Shown: piece after piece, positions 21,153 through 29,759 of the stretch
Numbering within the stretch: the first letter of the stretch is position 1
How the letters are laid out: each line of letters begins with the position of its first letter
NCBI GenBank assembly: GCA_019115525.1
Contig: DXDJ01000004.1
Coordinates: 1,807-65,806 of the forward strand
Direction of reading: 5' to 3'
DNA: 64,000 bases
Origin: Candidatus Helicobacter avistercoris
GTDB taxonomy: Bacteria > Campylobacterota > Campylobacteria > Campylobacterales > Helicobacteraceae
Program-made: the position numbers and the translations under genes
Notes under the pieces: generated by a model
Databases searched by the model: none
The model's input: only the letters and a program-made list of their open reading frames with translations
What the model was told of the DNA's origin: nothing

Positions 21153-22514
21153 GTGAAAGAATTATTACAAACCCTACCTAAAGTCGATGAGCTCCTTAGA
21201 GATCCCCTCTTCTCTCACACGCAAAGCAAAATACTCAAACCCCTCATCCAAAGATCCCTTCAAAACCTAAGAGAGAAAATCCTCTCAAAAACCTTGACTT
21301 CTTTTAATCTTGATAAGTTTAAGCAAGAGCTACTCTCTATCTATGAGAAAAACACTCAAAGCACGATTAAGCCCCTAGTGAATGCCACAGGTGTGGTGCT
21401 TCAAACCAATCTTGGCAGAAGCCTATTTTCAAAAGAAATCTTAGATGAAGTTTTTCCACTTCTAATGCATTACAACAACCTAGAATACGATATCAAAGAG
21501 GGAAAAAGAGGAGAGCGTTACACCCATATCAAGCACTTGCTTTGCACACTTTTGGGCTGTGAAGATGCAATCGTAGTCAATAACAATGCAAGTGCGGTTT
21601 TACTTGTACTTAGTACTTTTGGGAGAGATAAAGAAGTCATCATCTCACGCGGTGAGCTTGTAGAAATCGGTGGTGCGTTTAGAATCCCTGAGGTGATGAA
21701 GCTCTCAGGAAGCAAACTTGTAGAGGTTGGCACCACAAACAAAACTCATCTAAGCGATTATGAGGAAGCCATCAGTGAGGAAACCTCAATGATAATGAAA
21801 GCACATCAAAGCAATTTCAAGCAAATTGGCTTTACCTCAAGCGTGGAGTTCTCTGCCCTCACTGCTTTGGCAAAGAAACGAGGGATTATCGACTACTACG
21901 ATCTAGGAAGTGGGTATATGCAAGGATTGAACACAAATGAAGAGCCAAGTATTTTAGAGCTTTGCAAAGCCTCCCCTTCACTTCTTAGCTTTAGTGGAGA
22001 TAAACTCTTTGGAGGGCCTCAAGCTGGGGTGATTGTAGGTAGAGCAGAGTTGATTGCAAAACTCAAAAAAAATCACTTGCTTAGAGCCTTAAGGGTGGAT
22101 AAATTTACCACTCTTGCCCTTGAAGCCACTCTTAGAGCCTATCTCAACAATGAACTAGAAAAAATCCCAACACTCAAAATGCTCAATCTCACAAGTGAGG
22201 AGATTTTGCAAAAGGCAAAAGATTTGCACGCACTCATCCAATCAATCCCAAATCTTGAGTGTCAAATCATCGCTCTAAATTCTCTAGCTGGTGGGGGAAG
22301 TCTGCCTCAAACACCATTTAAATCCCATGGACTCTCTATCCATTTCCCCACACTCAAAGCCTCCAATCTAGAGAAAGCCCTAAGAGAGAGGGGGATCATC
22401 ACAAGAATCAACCAAGAGAGAGTATGTCTAGATTTACGCTGTATAGATCAAAGCGAATACACTCAAATCTATAACGCACTTCAACAAATTAGCGAGGTTA
22501 GCAATGCCAAATAA
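21153..22514 (+). CDS. selA: L-seryl-tRNA(Sec) selenium transferase
   Basis: NATGVVLQTNLGR, VVNNNASAV, SRGELVEIGG, FSGDKLFGGPQAG (PLP Lys). Start set at GTG 21153 after RBS GGAGA. Confidence 0.96.
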   Translation: MKELLQTLPKVDELLRDPLFSHTQSKILKPLIQRSLQNLREKILSKTLTSFNLDKFKQELLSIYEKNTQSTIKPLVNATGVVLQTNLGRSLFSKEILDEVFPLLMHYNNLEYDIKEGKRGERYTHIKHLLCTLLGCEDAIVVNNNASAVLLVLSTFGRDKEVIISRGELVEIGGAFRIPEVMKLSGSKLVEVGTTNKTHLSDYEEAISEETSMIMKAHQSNFKQIGFTSSVEFSALTALAKKRGIIDYYDLGSGYMQGLNTNEEPSILELCKASPSLLSFSGDKLFGGPQAGVIVGRAELIAKLKKNHLLRALRVDKFTTLALEATLRAYLNNELEKIPTLKMLNLTSEEILQKAKDLHALIQSIPNLECQIIALNSLAGGGSLPQTPFKSHGLSIHFPTLKASNLEKALRERGIITRINQERVCLDLRCIDQSEYTQIYNALQQISEVSNAK

Positions 22515-24342
22515 TGATATTTTAGTCGGACTTGCAGGGCATATAGACCATGGGAAAACTTCTTTTATCAAGGCTCTAAATGGCTTTGATGGGGATGAGA
22601 GAGAAGAGGAGAAGCAAAGAGGGATTACGCTAGATATTAGCTTCTCAAACCTCAAACTCCCCAATCGAAATATCGCATTTATTGATGTACCAGGACACGA
22701 AAAACTCATCAAAAATATGATAGCAGGGGCTTTTGGGGTGGATGTAATGTGCCTGATTGTGGCAAGTGATGATGGATTGATGCCTCAAAGCATCGAGCAT
22801 ATCCAAATCGCTAATTTTTTGGGAATCAAAAAATGCTTTTGTGTGATTAGCAAAAGCGATAAAAGCTCAGAGGCAAGAATGCAAGAAGTGCAAAAGCAGA
22901 TTGAGGATTTCTTCTCTCCCTTGCAAATCAAACTTGAAGTAATTTTTCCTTTTAGCGCCTTTAGCCAAGAGAGAGATAAAGAGCCAATTTTGCAATACCT
23001 CAATACCCTAGAGAAACCCAAAAGAGAGGATATTGGATTTTTTAGATACTACATTGATAGAGCCTTCTCCATTAGTGGTGCGGGATGTGTGGTGAGTGGA
23101 AGCTCTTTGAGTGGAGAAGTAACAAAAGGAGATAAACTTTTTGTCTATGATTTGAGCAAAGAAGTAAGCGTGCGAGGATTGAAGATTCACTCTGACTTTG
23201 CTACCTCTGCCCTCCCCTCTCATCGTGTCGCACTCAACCTCTCAGGAGTGAGTGCCAATGAGCTAAAGCGAGGAATGCTCATTGCCAAAAAGGGCTATCT
23301 AAGAGGATTTGATAGTTTGGAAGTTTTGCTTTTTGGTTTTAGCTCACTGCCAAAATACGCTACCTTGCACATCGGAGCAAAAAAAGTCAATGTCAAAATC
23401 ACGCTTTTGCATAGTTTAGAAGAAGGCAAGGCTTTTGCCAACCTCTCTTGTGAGGAAAAAATCTACTCTATCTTTGAAGAAGCCTTTATCCTCAGATCTG
23501 ACAATCAAACTCTCTGCGGTGGGAAAATCCTCGCACCAATCACAGATCCAATCAAAAAGATTCAAAAAATCCAATTGCTTTTTGCTCTTTTAAAAAAAGA
23601 TTTTCATCAAGCCTTCTCTCTTCTCACTCTAGCTCACCCTAGAGGATTTGGGCTGATTTCAAGCACACAGCGTTTTGCTCTTAGCCATACTCAAAGCATT
23701 GCTATTGCAAAAGAGCTAAAGGATGTATATTTTGATGAGAAAAATCTTGTGCTTTACTCTCACAAAACCACTCTTGCACTCCAAGAGAGCATTCTTAACA
23801 CTTTTGCTAAAAATCCCAATGCCCTCCTCTCTGCCTCAAGTCTAAAACTCAAAAATCCTTGGGCAAGTGAGCCATATTTGCAAAGCATATTAGACACTCT
23901 TTTAAAGCATGGGAAGATTGAGCTAAAAAATGGACTTTATGTTAGCAAAGAGAGCAAAGTCAAAAATCACGCTGATTTTTTGGTGGATAAACTCTATGAG
24001 ATTTTGCTCTCCCAATCCCACTCCCCCCAAGCACCTTATAATATCTATGAGTCTTTAAATATCGATAGAAAAAGCGGAGATAATGCACTCAAAAGGCTTT
24101 GTGCTTCTTCAAAAGTTATAAGACTTGAGCACAATCTCTTCATCACTTCAAAAGCCCTCAATGAGATCTTAGTCCTAATGCGAGGAGTAATAGAAAAAGA
24201 GGGCTATGTCGATGTAGGCAATCTCAAAGAAGTTTTGCCTCTCTCTCGCAAATACCTCATTGCGTATTTAGACTATTTAGATAGCTTTGAGGATATTGCA
24301 AAAGAGGGAATGAAGCGAATCTACAAACACCAAAGGAGATAA
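22504..24342 (+). CDS. selB: Selenocysteine-specific elongation factor
   Basis: GHIDHGKT, RGITLD, FIDVPGHE, IDRAFSISGAGCVVSG, C-terminal winged helices ending SRKYLIAYLDYLD. Confidence 0.95.
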   Translation: MPNNDILVGLAGHIDHGKTSFIKALNGFDGDEREEEKQRGITLDISFSNLKLPNRNIAFIDVPGHEKLIKNMIAGAFGVDVMCLIVASDDGLMPQSIEHIQIANFLGIKKCFCVISKSDKSSEARMQEVQKQIEDFFSPLQIKLEVIFPFSAFSQERDKEPILQYLNTLEKPKREDIGFFRYYIDRAFSISGAGCVVSGSSLSGEVTKGDKLFVYDLSKEVSVRGLKIHSDFATSALPSHRVALNLSGVSANELKRGMLIAKKGYLRGFDSLEVLLFGFSSLPKYATLHIGAKKVNVKITLLHSLEEGKAFANLSCEEKIYSIFEEAFILRSDNQTLCGGKILAPITDPIKKIQKIQLLFALLKKDFHQAFSLLTLAHPRGFGLISSTQRFALSHTQSIAIAKELKDVYFDEKNLVLYSHKTTLALQESILNTFAKNPNALLSASSLKLKNPWASEPYLQSILDTLLKHGKIELKNGLYVSKESKVKNHADFLVDKLYEILLSQSHSPQAPYNIYESLNIDRKSGDNALKRLCASSKVIRLEHNLFITSKALNEILVLMRGVIEKEGYVDVGNLKEVLPLSRKYLIAYLDYLDSFEDIAKEGMKRIYKHQRR

Positions 24343-24343
24343 A

Positions 24344-25345
24344 ATGAAACTTGATGTCTTACAAAACCCCAACCTTGAAGATAATGCCTTTTTGCTCTCT
24401 TCAAGCACCCAAAACATCCCCCCAATCTCTCAAAATATCTTCAAACGCAACCAAAGAGAACTTGAGAGTTTGAGTGAATATTTTGGTGGAGAGAGTGGAG
24501 GAAATTTTTCTTTTTTAAGTGGAGCATTTTTGGAGCTTTTTCTCTCACTGCATACTTGCGGACACAAAATTGCCTTAGCTCTAAGCAATCACCAGCAAGC
24601 CTATGATGCCTATAAATTGATTAAAAACTTCATCCCCATTACCCCCATCCTTCCCTCTACTCAAAGTGGAATCATTGAGAGTATTGAAGAATTTAACCAA
24701 TGCGATGTGTTTATCATCCCTCTAGTCAATCAAGATTTACTCACACTCAATCCCATAGAAAAGTTTATGAAGCAAAGAGAGGATGCAATTTTTATCATCG
24801 ATATAAGCTATGGAGTGCGTTTTTCCCTTACTCCAAAACTCACTTCCAAAACAATCTTTTTGTGCGAAGCTGAGAGCTTTGGCTTTCTTAGAGGCAATGG
24901 GGTGTTCCTCTCTTACAAAGAATATCTCCCCTACTTCCCACGCACTCGCTATGTAGATCATCTCTATGTCAAATTACTAGAGAGGATCAAATCCTGCTCT
25001 ATTCCTTTAAAAGATCACAAAGAAGAGTTTTTCTCTCTCTTTCAAGATAGCAATATCTCTCTTTTTGCCCCACTCTCAAATTCACTCACCAACACCCTAG
25101 CCTTAAGGTTTAAAGGGATCAAAGCTAGGAATCTTTTGCAAAGCTTGGTGCTTGAAGATGTTGAGGCAATCAATGGACAAGAATGCCTTTTTGGATTTTT
25201 CTCTCCTTCATTTGTTTTGCAAGAAATGGGATATAGTGAGCTTGAAGCAAGAGAATTGCTTAGTGTGAGTTTCACTCACTTTGATCCTAAGATTGCAAAA
25301 ATCTTAGAAAAACACTACATACAACTCAAAACTTTGGAGATATAA
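24344..25345 (+). CDS. Degenerate IscS/NifS-like (class V aminotransferase fold) protein
   Basis: C-terminal EAINGQECLFGFFSPSFVLQEMGY aligns by eye with IscS [24 protein letters not shown]; the PLP motif SGHK appears as EAES. Confidence 0.65.
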   Translation: MKLDVLQNPNLEDNAFLLSSSTQNIPPISQNIFKRNQRELESLSEYFGGESGGNFSFLSGAFLELFLSLHTCGHKIALALSNHQQAYDAYKLIKNFIPITPILPSTQSGIIESIEEFNQCDVFIIPLVNQDLLTLNPIEKFMKQREDAIFIIDISYGVRFSLTPKLTSKTIFLCEAESFGFLRGNGVFLSYKEYLPYFPRTRYVDHLYVKLLERIKSCSIPLKDHKEEFFSLFQDSNISLFAPLSNSLTNTLALRFKGIKARNLLQSLVLEDVEAINGQECLFGFFSPSFVLQEMGYSELEARELLSVSFTHFDPKIAKILEKHYIQLKTLEI

Positions 25346-25347
25346 CA

Positions 25348-26604
25348 ATGATTAGTCTAAAACAAGCCTATGAAATTCTTTTTTCACAATCTCTTCAACT
25401 TCAGATAGAAGAAGTTAATGCCTTTGAATCTTTAGGAAGGGTTTTGGCAGAGGATATACTCGCCACTATCAATCTTCCTGCTTTTAGCAATTCTGCCATG
25501 GATGGCTATGTAGTCAGCGAGATAAAAGAGAGCTACAAGATCACTCACACAATCCTAGCTGGAGAAATCCCACCTCACTCAATCCCTCAAGGAGAATGCT
25601 ACAAGATTATGACTGGAGCCAAAGTCCCTAACAATGCTTTGGCTGTGATTCCATTTGAAAACGCAAATTTGCAGGGAGAGAAAATGAGTCCTGCTATGAA
25701 AGTAAAGAGTGGAGCAAATATCAAACTTGAGGGAGAAGAATACAAAAAAGGTGAGATCTTACTCAGAGCTGGAGAGAAGCTAACTTATAGACATCTCTCG
25801 CTGATTGCCTCAACTGGGATTACTACGCTTAAGGTTTTTTTACCACTTAAGATTGGGATTTACTCAAGTGGAGATGAAGTGGTGGAGCTTGGAGAGATGA
25901 TAGGAGAGCAACAAATCTACAATATCAACGCCCTAGCCTACCACTCAACTCTAAGAACTTATGGTTTTTCTCCAAAATATCAAGGCATTATCCGCGATGA
26001 TTTGCAAAGCATTCAAAAAGAAATTGAGAATTTTAAGAATTTTGATGTCATCTTTACAAGTGGGGGTGCCAGTGTGGGAGAGGCTGATTTTTTTGAACAA
26101 GCTCTGATTTTGGCAGGAGCTGAGATTTTGTTTCATGGGATCAATCTCAAACCTGGTCGCCCAATGCTAGTAGCAAAACTCAATCAAACCTATATTTTCT
26201 CTCTTCCAGGGAATCCCCTAAGCGGACTTCTAAATCTCATCACTCTAGCCATCCCCACTCTCTACAAACTCAGTGGCTCAACAGCCTACTCCCCTACTCC
26301 TACAAAAGCAAAAAACAAAACTTCTTTTGTACTCAAAAGTGGTAGAAGCAATATGATTTTGGGAAGTTTTGATGGAGAATACTTTGAGGCTTATAGGGGT
26401 GGAAAATACGGCTCAGGTGCGATTTTGCCTATCAAGGAAAGCAATGCGATTGCTATCTTTGATGAGTGTCACTCAAATGTTGAGGAAAATGAGATCATAC
26501 AGATTTTGCCACTGCCTTTTTCTCTTAGTGAGAGCAAAGATTCTTATGAGTGGATCAATTTTTGGGATGAGTCCTTTGAAATAAAGAGTAAAATAACGAT
26601 TTAG
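25348..26604 (+). CDS. moeA: Molybdopterin molybdotransferase
   Basis: SAMDGY, IMTGAKVP, SSGDEV, TSGGASVGEADF, LPGNP. Confidence 0.93.
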   Translation: MISLKQAYEILFSQSLQLQIEEVNAFESLGRVLAEDILATINLPAFSNSAMDGYVVSEIKESYKITHTILAGEIPPHSIPQGECYKIMTGAKVPNNALAVIPFENANLQGEKMSPAMKVKSGANIKLEGEEYKKGEILLRAGEKLTYRHLSLIASTGITTLKVFLPLKIGIYSSGDEVVELGEMIGEQQIYNINALAYHSTLRTYGFSPKYQGIIRDDLQSIQKEIENFKNFDVIFTSGGASVGEADFFEQALILAGAEILFHGINLKPGRPMLVAKLNQTYIFSLPGNPLSGLLNLITLAIPTLYKLSGSTAYSPTPTKAKNKTSFVLKSGRSNMILGSFDGEYFEAYRGGKYGSGAILPIKESNAIAIFDECHSNVEENEIIQILPLPFSLSESKDSYEWINFWDESFEIKSKITI

Positions 26605-26627
26605 AAAAATCAATTTGTGAAGGAGAA

Positions 26628-27740
26628 ATGATGAAAAAGTTTAAAATCGCTTTAGCCTTAGCAACAGCATTAACTTCAGTTCAAGCCCTTGAATTTGGCA
26701 CAATGGGTAGCCAAGCTTTTGGTATGGGTGGCGTAGGTGTTGCAATCAAGCATTCTCCTTGGGGACTTTACTATAATCCTGCGCTAATGGCTGCTGATGA
26801 TGGATTTAAGGTGGGATTGTATGTTGGATTCCAATCAAAGAGTGATAACTTCTTTGATCTTTTTGATATCAACAAAAACGACCCAAGCGCCTTGCTTCAA
26901 TCAAAACTAGAAGAGCTTACAAAAAACAGCAGTATCAAGCTCACAAACCAAGACGGTGCAGTTATTCAGCTTCCTGATTTTGGAATCGGTGTTTTGGCTA
27001 CAGGTGCATTTATCAATGCAGGTGCAAGTGGTTCTGCAAGATTAGAAAATGTAACTGCAAACAATCTTAAAGATGCAAAACTCACTACAGACTATTCAGT
27101 TTATACACTTCTTGAAATCCCTGTAGGCTATGCACTTGAGTTTGAAACAGTGGCAGGAGATTTTAGTATTGGTGTAACAGGAAAATATATGAATCTCTCT
27201 GCGACAAATGGAAGCTTTGCTATCCAAAACGGAACAAATGTCAGCGATGCTTTCAAAAATATGATGAAGTTTGATATCGGTGGTGGAGATTCAAACTTTG
27301 GTTTGGATTTGGGATTGAGCTATGAGATTGCAGACTGCTTCACAATGGGTGTTGTCGGAAAATACCTCAACTCTCCAACTTTCAATACAAAAAATGGAAG
27401 CTACACCATTGCTCCACAAGCTCGTGCTGGTGTCGCTCTTGATTTAGACTGGTTTATGCTTGGAATGGATGTCGATGCGACAGCCAACAAAGACCTTAGC
27501 AATGAAAATTTCAAAACTCAAATGATTGGACTAGGAACTGCGTTTGATTTTGAGTGGATCGCATTGCGTGGAGGTATCGCAACAGACTTACAACATACTG
27601 ATGATATGATTTTCTCACTCGGTCTTGGTATTACATTCCTTGATATTGGTGTGCAGTTTGGTAAAAAAACAAGCCCACTTAATGGAATCCAAATGCCTGA
27701 TTATTTTGCTCTCCAAGTGGGTGCAGGATTCTCATTCTAA
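26628..27740 (+). CDS. TraF-like (FadL-related) outer-membrane beta-barrel
   Basis: Signal peptide, FGMGGVGVA...YYNPAL N-terminal motif, alternating strands, C-terminal Phe (GAGFSF). Confidence 0.65.
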   Translation: MMKKFKIALALATALTSVQALEFGTMGSQAFGMGGVGVAIKHSPWGLYYNPALMAADDGFKVGLYVGFQSKSDNFFDLFDINKNDPSALLQSKLEELTKNSSIKLTNQDGAVIQLPDFGIGVLATGAFINAGASGSARLENVTANNLKDAKLTTDYSVYTLLEIPVGYALEFETVAGDFSIGVTGKYMNLSATNGSFAIQNGTNVSDAFKNMMKFDIGGGDSNFGLDLGLSYEIADCFTMGVVGKYLNSPTFNTKNGSYTIAPQARAGVALDLDWFMLGMDVDATANKDLSNENFKTQMIGLGTAFDFEWIALRGGIATDLQHTDDMIFSLGLGITFLDIGVQFGKKTSPLNGIQMPDYFALQVGAGFSF

Positions 27741-27748
27741 ATCCTCCT

Positions 27749-27779
27749 TCCCTCTTTTGAGGGATTTTCTTCTTTTTTT
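27749..27779 (+). terminator. Intrinsic terminator after the selA...traF-like unit
   Basis: TCCCTC-TTTT-GAGGGA followed by TTTTCTTCTTTTTT. Confidence 0.7.
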
Positions 27780-27976
27780 ATAATTTATTCAAATTAATCC
27801 GATCATCATTTAAATCGCTTACACTCAAGAACTACAAATAATCAACCTCTTCCCCACAAAAAAACTTGAAATAACTTTATTTTTTCGGAATACTTGCAAA
27901 AATATAAGAAAGGACACTTTTTGTCCTTTGATTCAATATATCATCTTGTCCACATTTCAAAAACAAGGAGCAAAAA

Positions 27977-28567
27977 ATGTTTCAATCATTGCAAAATCAC
28001 CTACAACTCTCCCACGCCAAAGAGATGGGATACCACAATGAGGAGAAGTTCGCACAAGCACTCAATGCTTTCAAATCCAAAAACACGCTCATAGAGTGGT
28101 TTGATAGTCGTTTTTATGACTTGGTGCATTTCCCACAGAGCTTCTATCTCAAAGCCTCAGAAGTCTTAGGAATGGATGAGAGCAAGACAAGAGGGGAGAT
28201 GGATGAGGCAACCAAACACATCGAGGATAGGGAAAACTATGGCAAAAATGTCTTTATCCATACACAAATCACGTTTGATGAGCTCAAAGCCAAAGGGGCT
28301 AATGTCTTTGCATTGATGGGAGCAAAGAATCAAAAAACTCTGCATATCCAAGATATTGAATGCTTTGTCTTAAAACCTCAAAAAGAAGTTCTAAAAATCT
28401 ATGGGGAAATGATCCAAGAGCACTACAAAGCCAACAATGGAGAAATCCCACAGCTAGGCAAAATCTTGGGCTACTCTGTGAAAATTTGGGGCAAAGAGTT
28501 TCACTTCTCCCCACAAGGTGAAGTGGTAGAAAAGCTTGAGAGTGCAGAATCCCCTACCCTCAACTAA
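27977..28567 (+). CDS. Hypothetical protein (196 aa)
   Basis: Clean ORF with AAGGAG RBS; no motif recognised with confidence. Confidence 0.75.
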   Translation: MFQSLQNHLQLSHAKEMGYHNEEKFAQALNAFKSKNTLIEWFDSRFYDLVHFPQSFYLKASEVLGMDESKTRGEMDEATKHIEDRENYGKNVFIHTQITFDELKAKGANVFALMGAKNQKTLHIQDIECFVLKPQKEVLKIYGEMIQEHYKANNGEIPQLGKILGYSVKIWGKEFHFSPQGEVVEKLESAESPTLN

Positions 28568-28585
28568 AAGATTCTAGGAGCAAAA

Positions 28586-29299
28586 ATGAGGAAAATCTAT
28601 CGCCCAAAGAAAAAATATCATCTCAAACAGCTCTGCCACAATCCAAAAATTCATCTAAGCGAGATTGACACCTCGCTCATCGTGGATATGTCTGGACTTT
28701 TTGAAGGGTTTGATGGGAGCAGTGAGGAGAAAAGTCGCAATTTTGATGGGATAGAAACTTGGGAGATGGACAATGTGTGTAACCTCTCAAATATGTTCTA
28801 TGAAAGCAATTTCAATCACCCCATAGAATCTTGGAGCGTTGGCAATGCTAGGAATATGGCAGGGATGTTTTCTCACACCCCTTTCAACCAACCCCTCAAC
28901 TCTTGGAATGTCAGCAGTGTAGAAAATATGTGCCACTTCTTTGCTTCCTCAGCTTTCAATCAGCCTCTGCACTCTTGGGATGTCAGCAGTGTGCGTGATA
29001 TGTATGCGATGTTTAGAGGCTCTGAGTTTGATCAGTCTTTGAGCTCTTGGGATGTCAGTAGTGTAGAAAATATGGATGAGATGTTTGCCAATAGTAAGTT
29101 TAACCACTCTCTTGATTCTTGGAAACTCCTAGCAATGAGAGAAAAACCCAAAGATATGTTCCTAAACTCCGCTTTTCAAGGGAGTTTAGAGTTTTTCTCG
29201 ACCATTACTCCAAAGCAATATCAAACCTGCTATCTTGAAAAGAAATGGAGTAAAAAACTCCATAGTCTTTTTTATAAAAATATGAAAAGGATTCTATAA
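28586..29299 (+). CDS. BspA/DUF285-type leucine-rich-repeat protein
   Basis: 24-aa repeats W(D/N)VSSVxxMxxMFxxSxFNQxLxS; AGGAG RBS; no signal peptide evident. Confidence 0.85.
   Translation: MRKIYRPKKKYHLKQLCHNPKIHLSEIDTSLIVDMSGLFEGFDGSSEEKSRNFDGIETWEMDNVCNLSNMFYESNFNHPIESWSVGNARNMAGMFSHTPFNQPLNSWNVSSVENMCHFFASSAFNQPLHSWDVSSVRDMYAMFRGSEFDQSLSSWDVSSVENMDEMFANSKFNHSLDSWKLLAMREKPKDMFLNSAFQGSLEFFSTITPKQYQTCYLEKKWSKKLHSLFYKNMKRIL
28760..29122 (+). repeat. Five intragenic 72-bp tandem repeats (DUF285 units)
   Basis: Trp codons at 28760, 28832, 28904, 28976, 29048 and 29120; near-identical TCTTGG(A/G)ATGTCAG(C/T)AGTGT in three units. Confidence 0.9.
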
Positions 29300-29301
29300 C
29301 C

Positions 29302-29670
29302 CTATTGCAAAATTCCCTTATTGGCAATCTTATCCCCTAAGCAATCCAGGGTCTTTCTAAACCCTCTATACAAAGTGCGGAAATGCTGATCCCATTGGGA
29401 TGGGGGATTTAGCAATCCTCTTTCATTGATTTTCCAAAACCTCTCTTTTATCTTGGATATTGTGGCTGTTTTTTCATCTCCCCCACATTCTTTGTAATAC
29501 TCAAGAATACTTTGCATTTTTGCTATCACAGCTTTTGCCTCTTGGCTTTTTTCACTTGGATTCCCAAGAGCCAAAAAACACTCTATCTCTCTATACAAAA
29601 CAACATCTCTCCTAGACATCAATCCATATATCCAACAATCATTTTGAAACTCTTTTGCATTGTAATTCAT
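29302..29670 (-). CDS. Hypothetical protein (122 aa)
   Basis: ORF with GAGGAG RBS; converges on the DUF285 gene with a 2-nt gap. Confidence 0.65.
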   Translation of the reverse strand: MNYNAKEFQNDCWIYGLMSRRDVVLYREIECFLALGNPSEKSQEAKAVIAKMQSILEYYKECGGDEKTATISKIKERFWKINERGLLNPPSQWDQHFRTLYRGFRKTLDCLGDKIANKGILQ

Positions 29671-29682
29671 TCCAAACTCCTC

Positions 29683-29710
29683 TTGATAGAATCTTTAAAG
29701 ATTTTATCAA
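29683..29710. promoter_or_regulatory. 28-bp near-perfect palindrome carrying an extended -10 on each strand
   Basis: TTGATAGAATCTTT|AAAGATTTTATCAA, one mismatch, no loop. Confidence 0.6.
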
Positions 29711-29717
29711 AATAGAC

Positions 29718-29741
29718 TTTGTGAAATCAAGTCAAAATGAG
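29718..29741 (+). repeat. Left copy of a 24-bp imperfect direct repeat flanking the R-M gene
   Basis: TTTGTGAAATCAAGTCAAAATGAG; 21/24 identical to 32285-32308 with exact core AAATCAAGTCAAAA. Confidence 0.8.
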
Positions 29742-29759
29742 GGGAAAATATCTTTGATT

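Noticed and set aside
26628-27740. TraF-like gene as evidence of a conjugative element
   Set aside because: No relaxase, coupling protein, VirB/Tra or integrase genes nearby; it sits in a housekeeping operon.
28760-29122. Regularly spaced repeats resembling a CRISPR array
   Set aside because: The period is exactly 72 bp, in frame, within a DUF285 ORF; the 'spacers' are homologous to each other; there are no cas genes.
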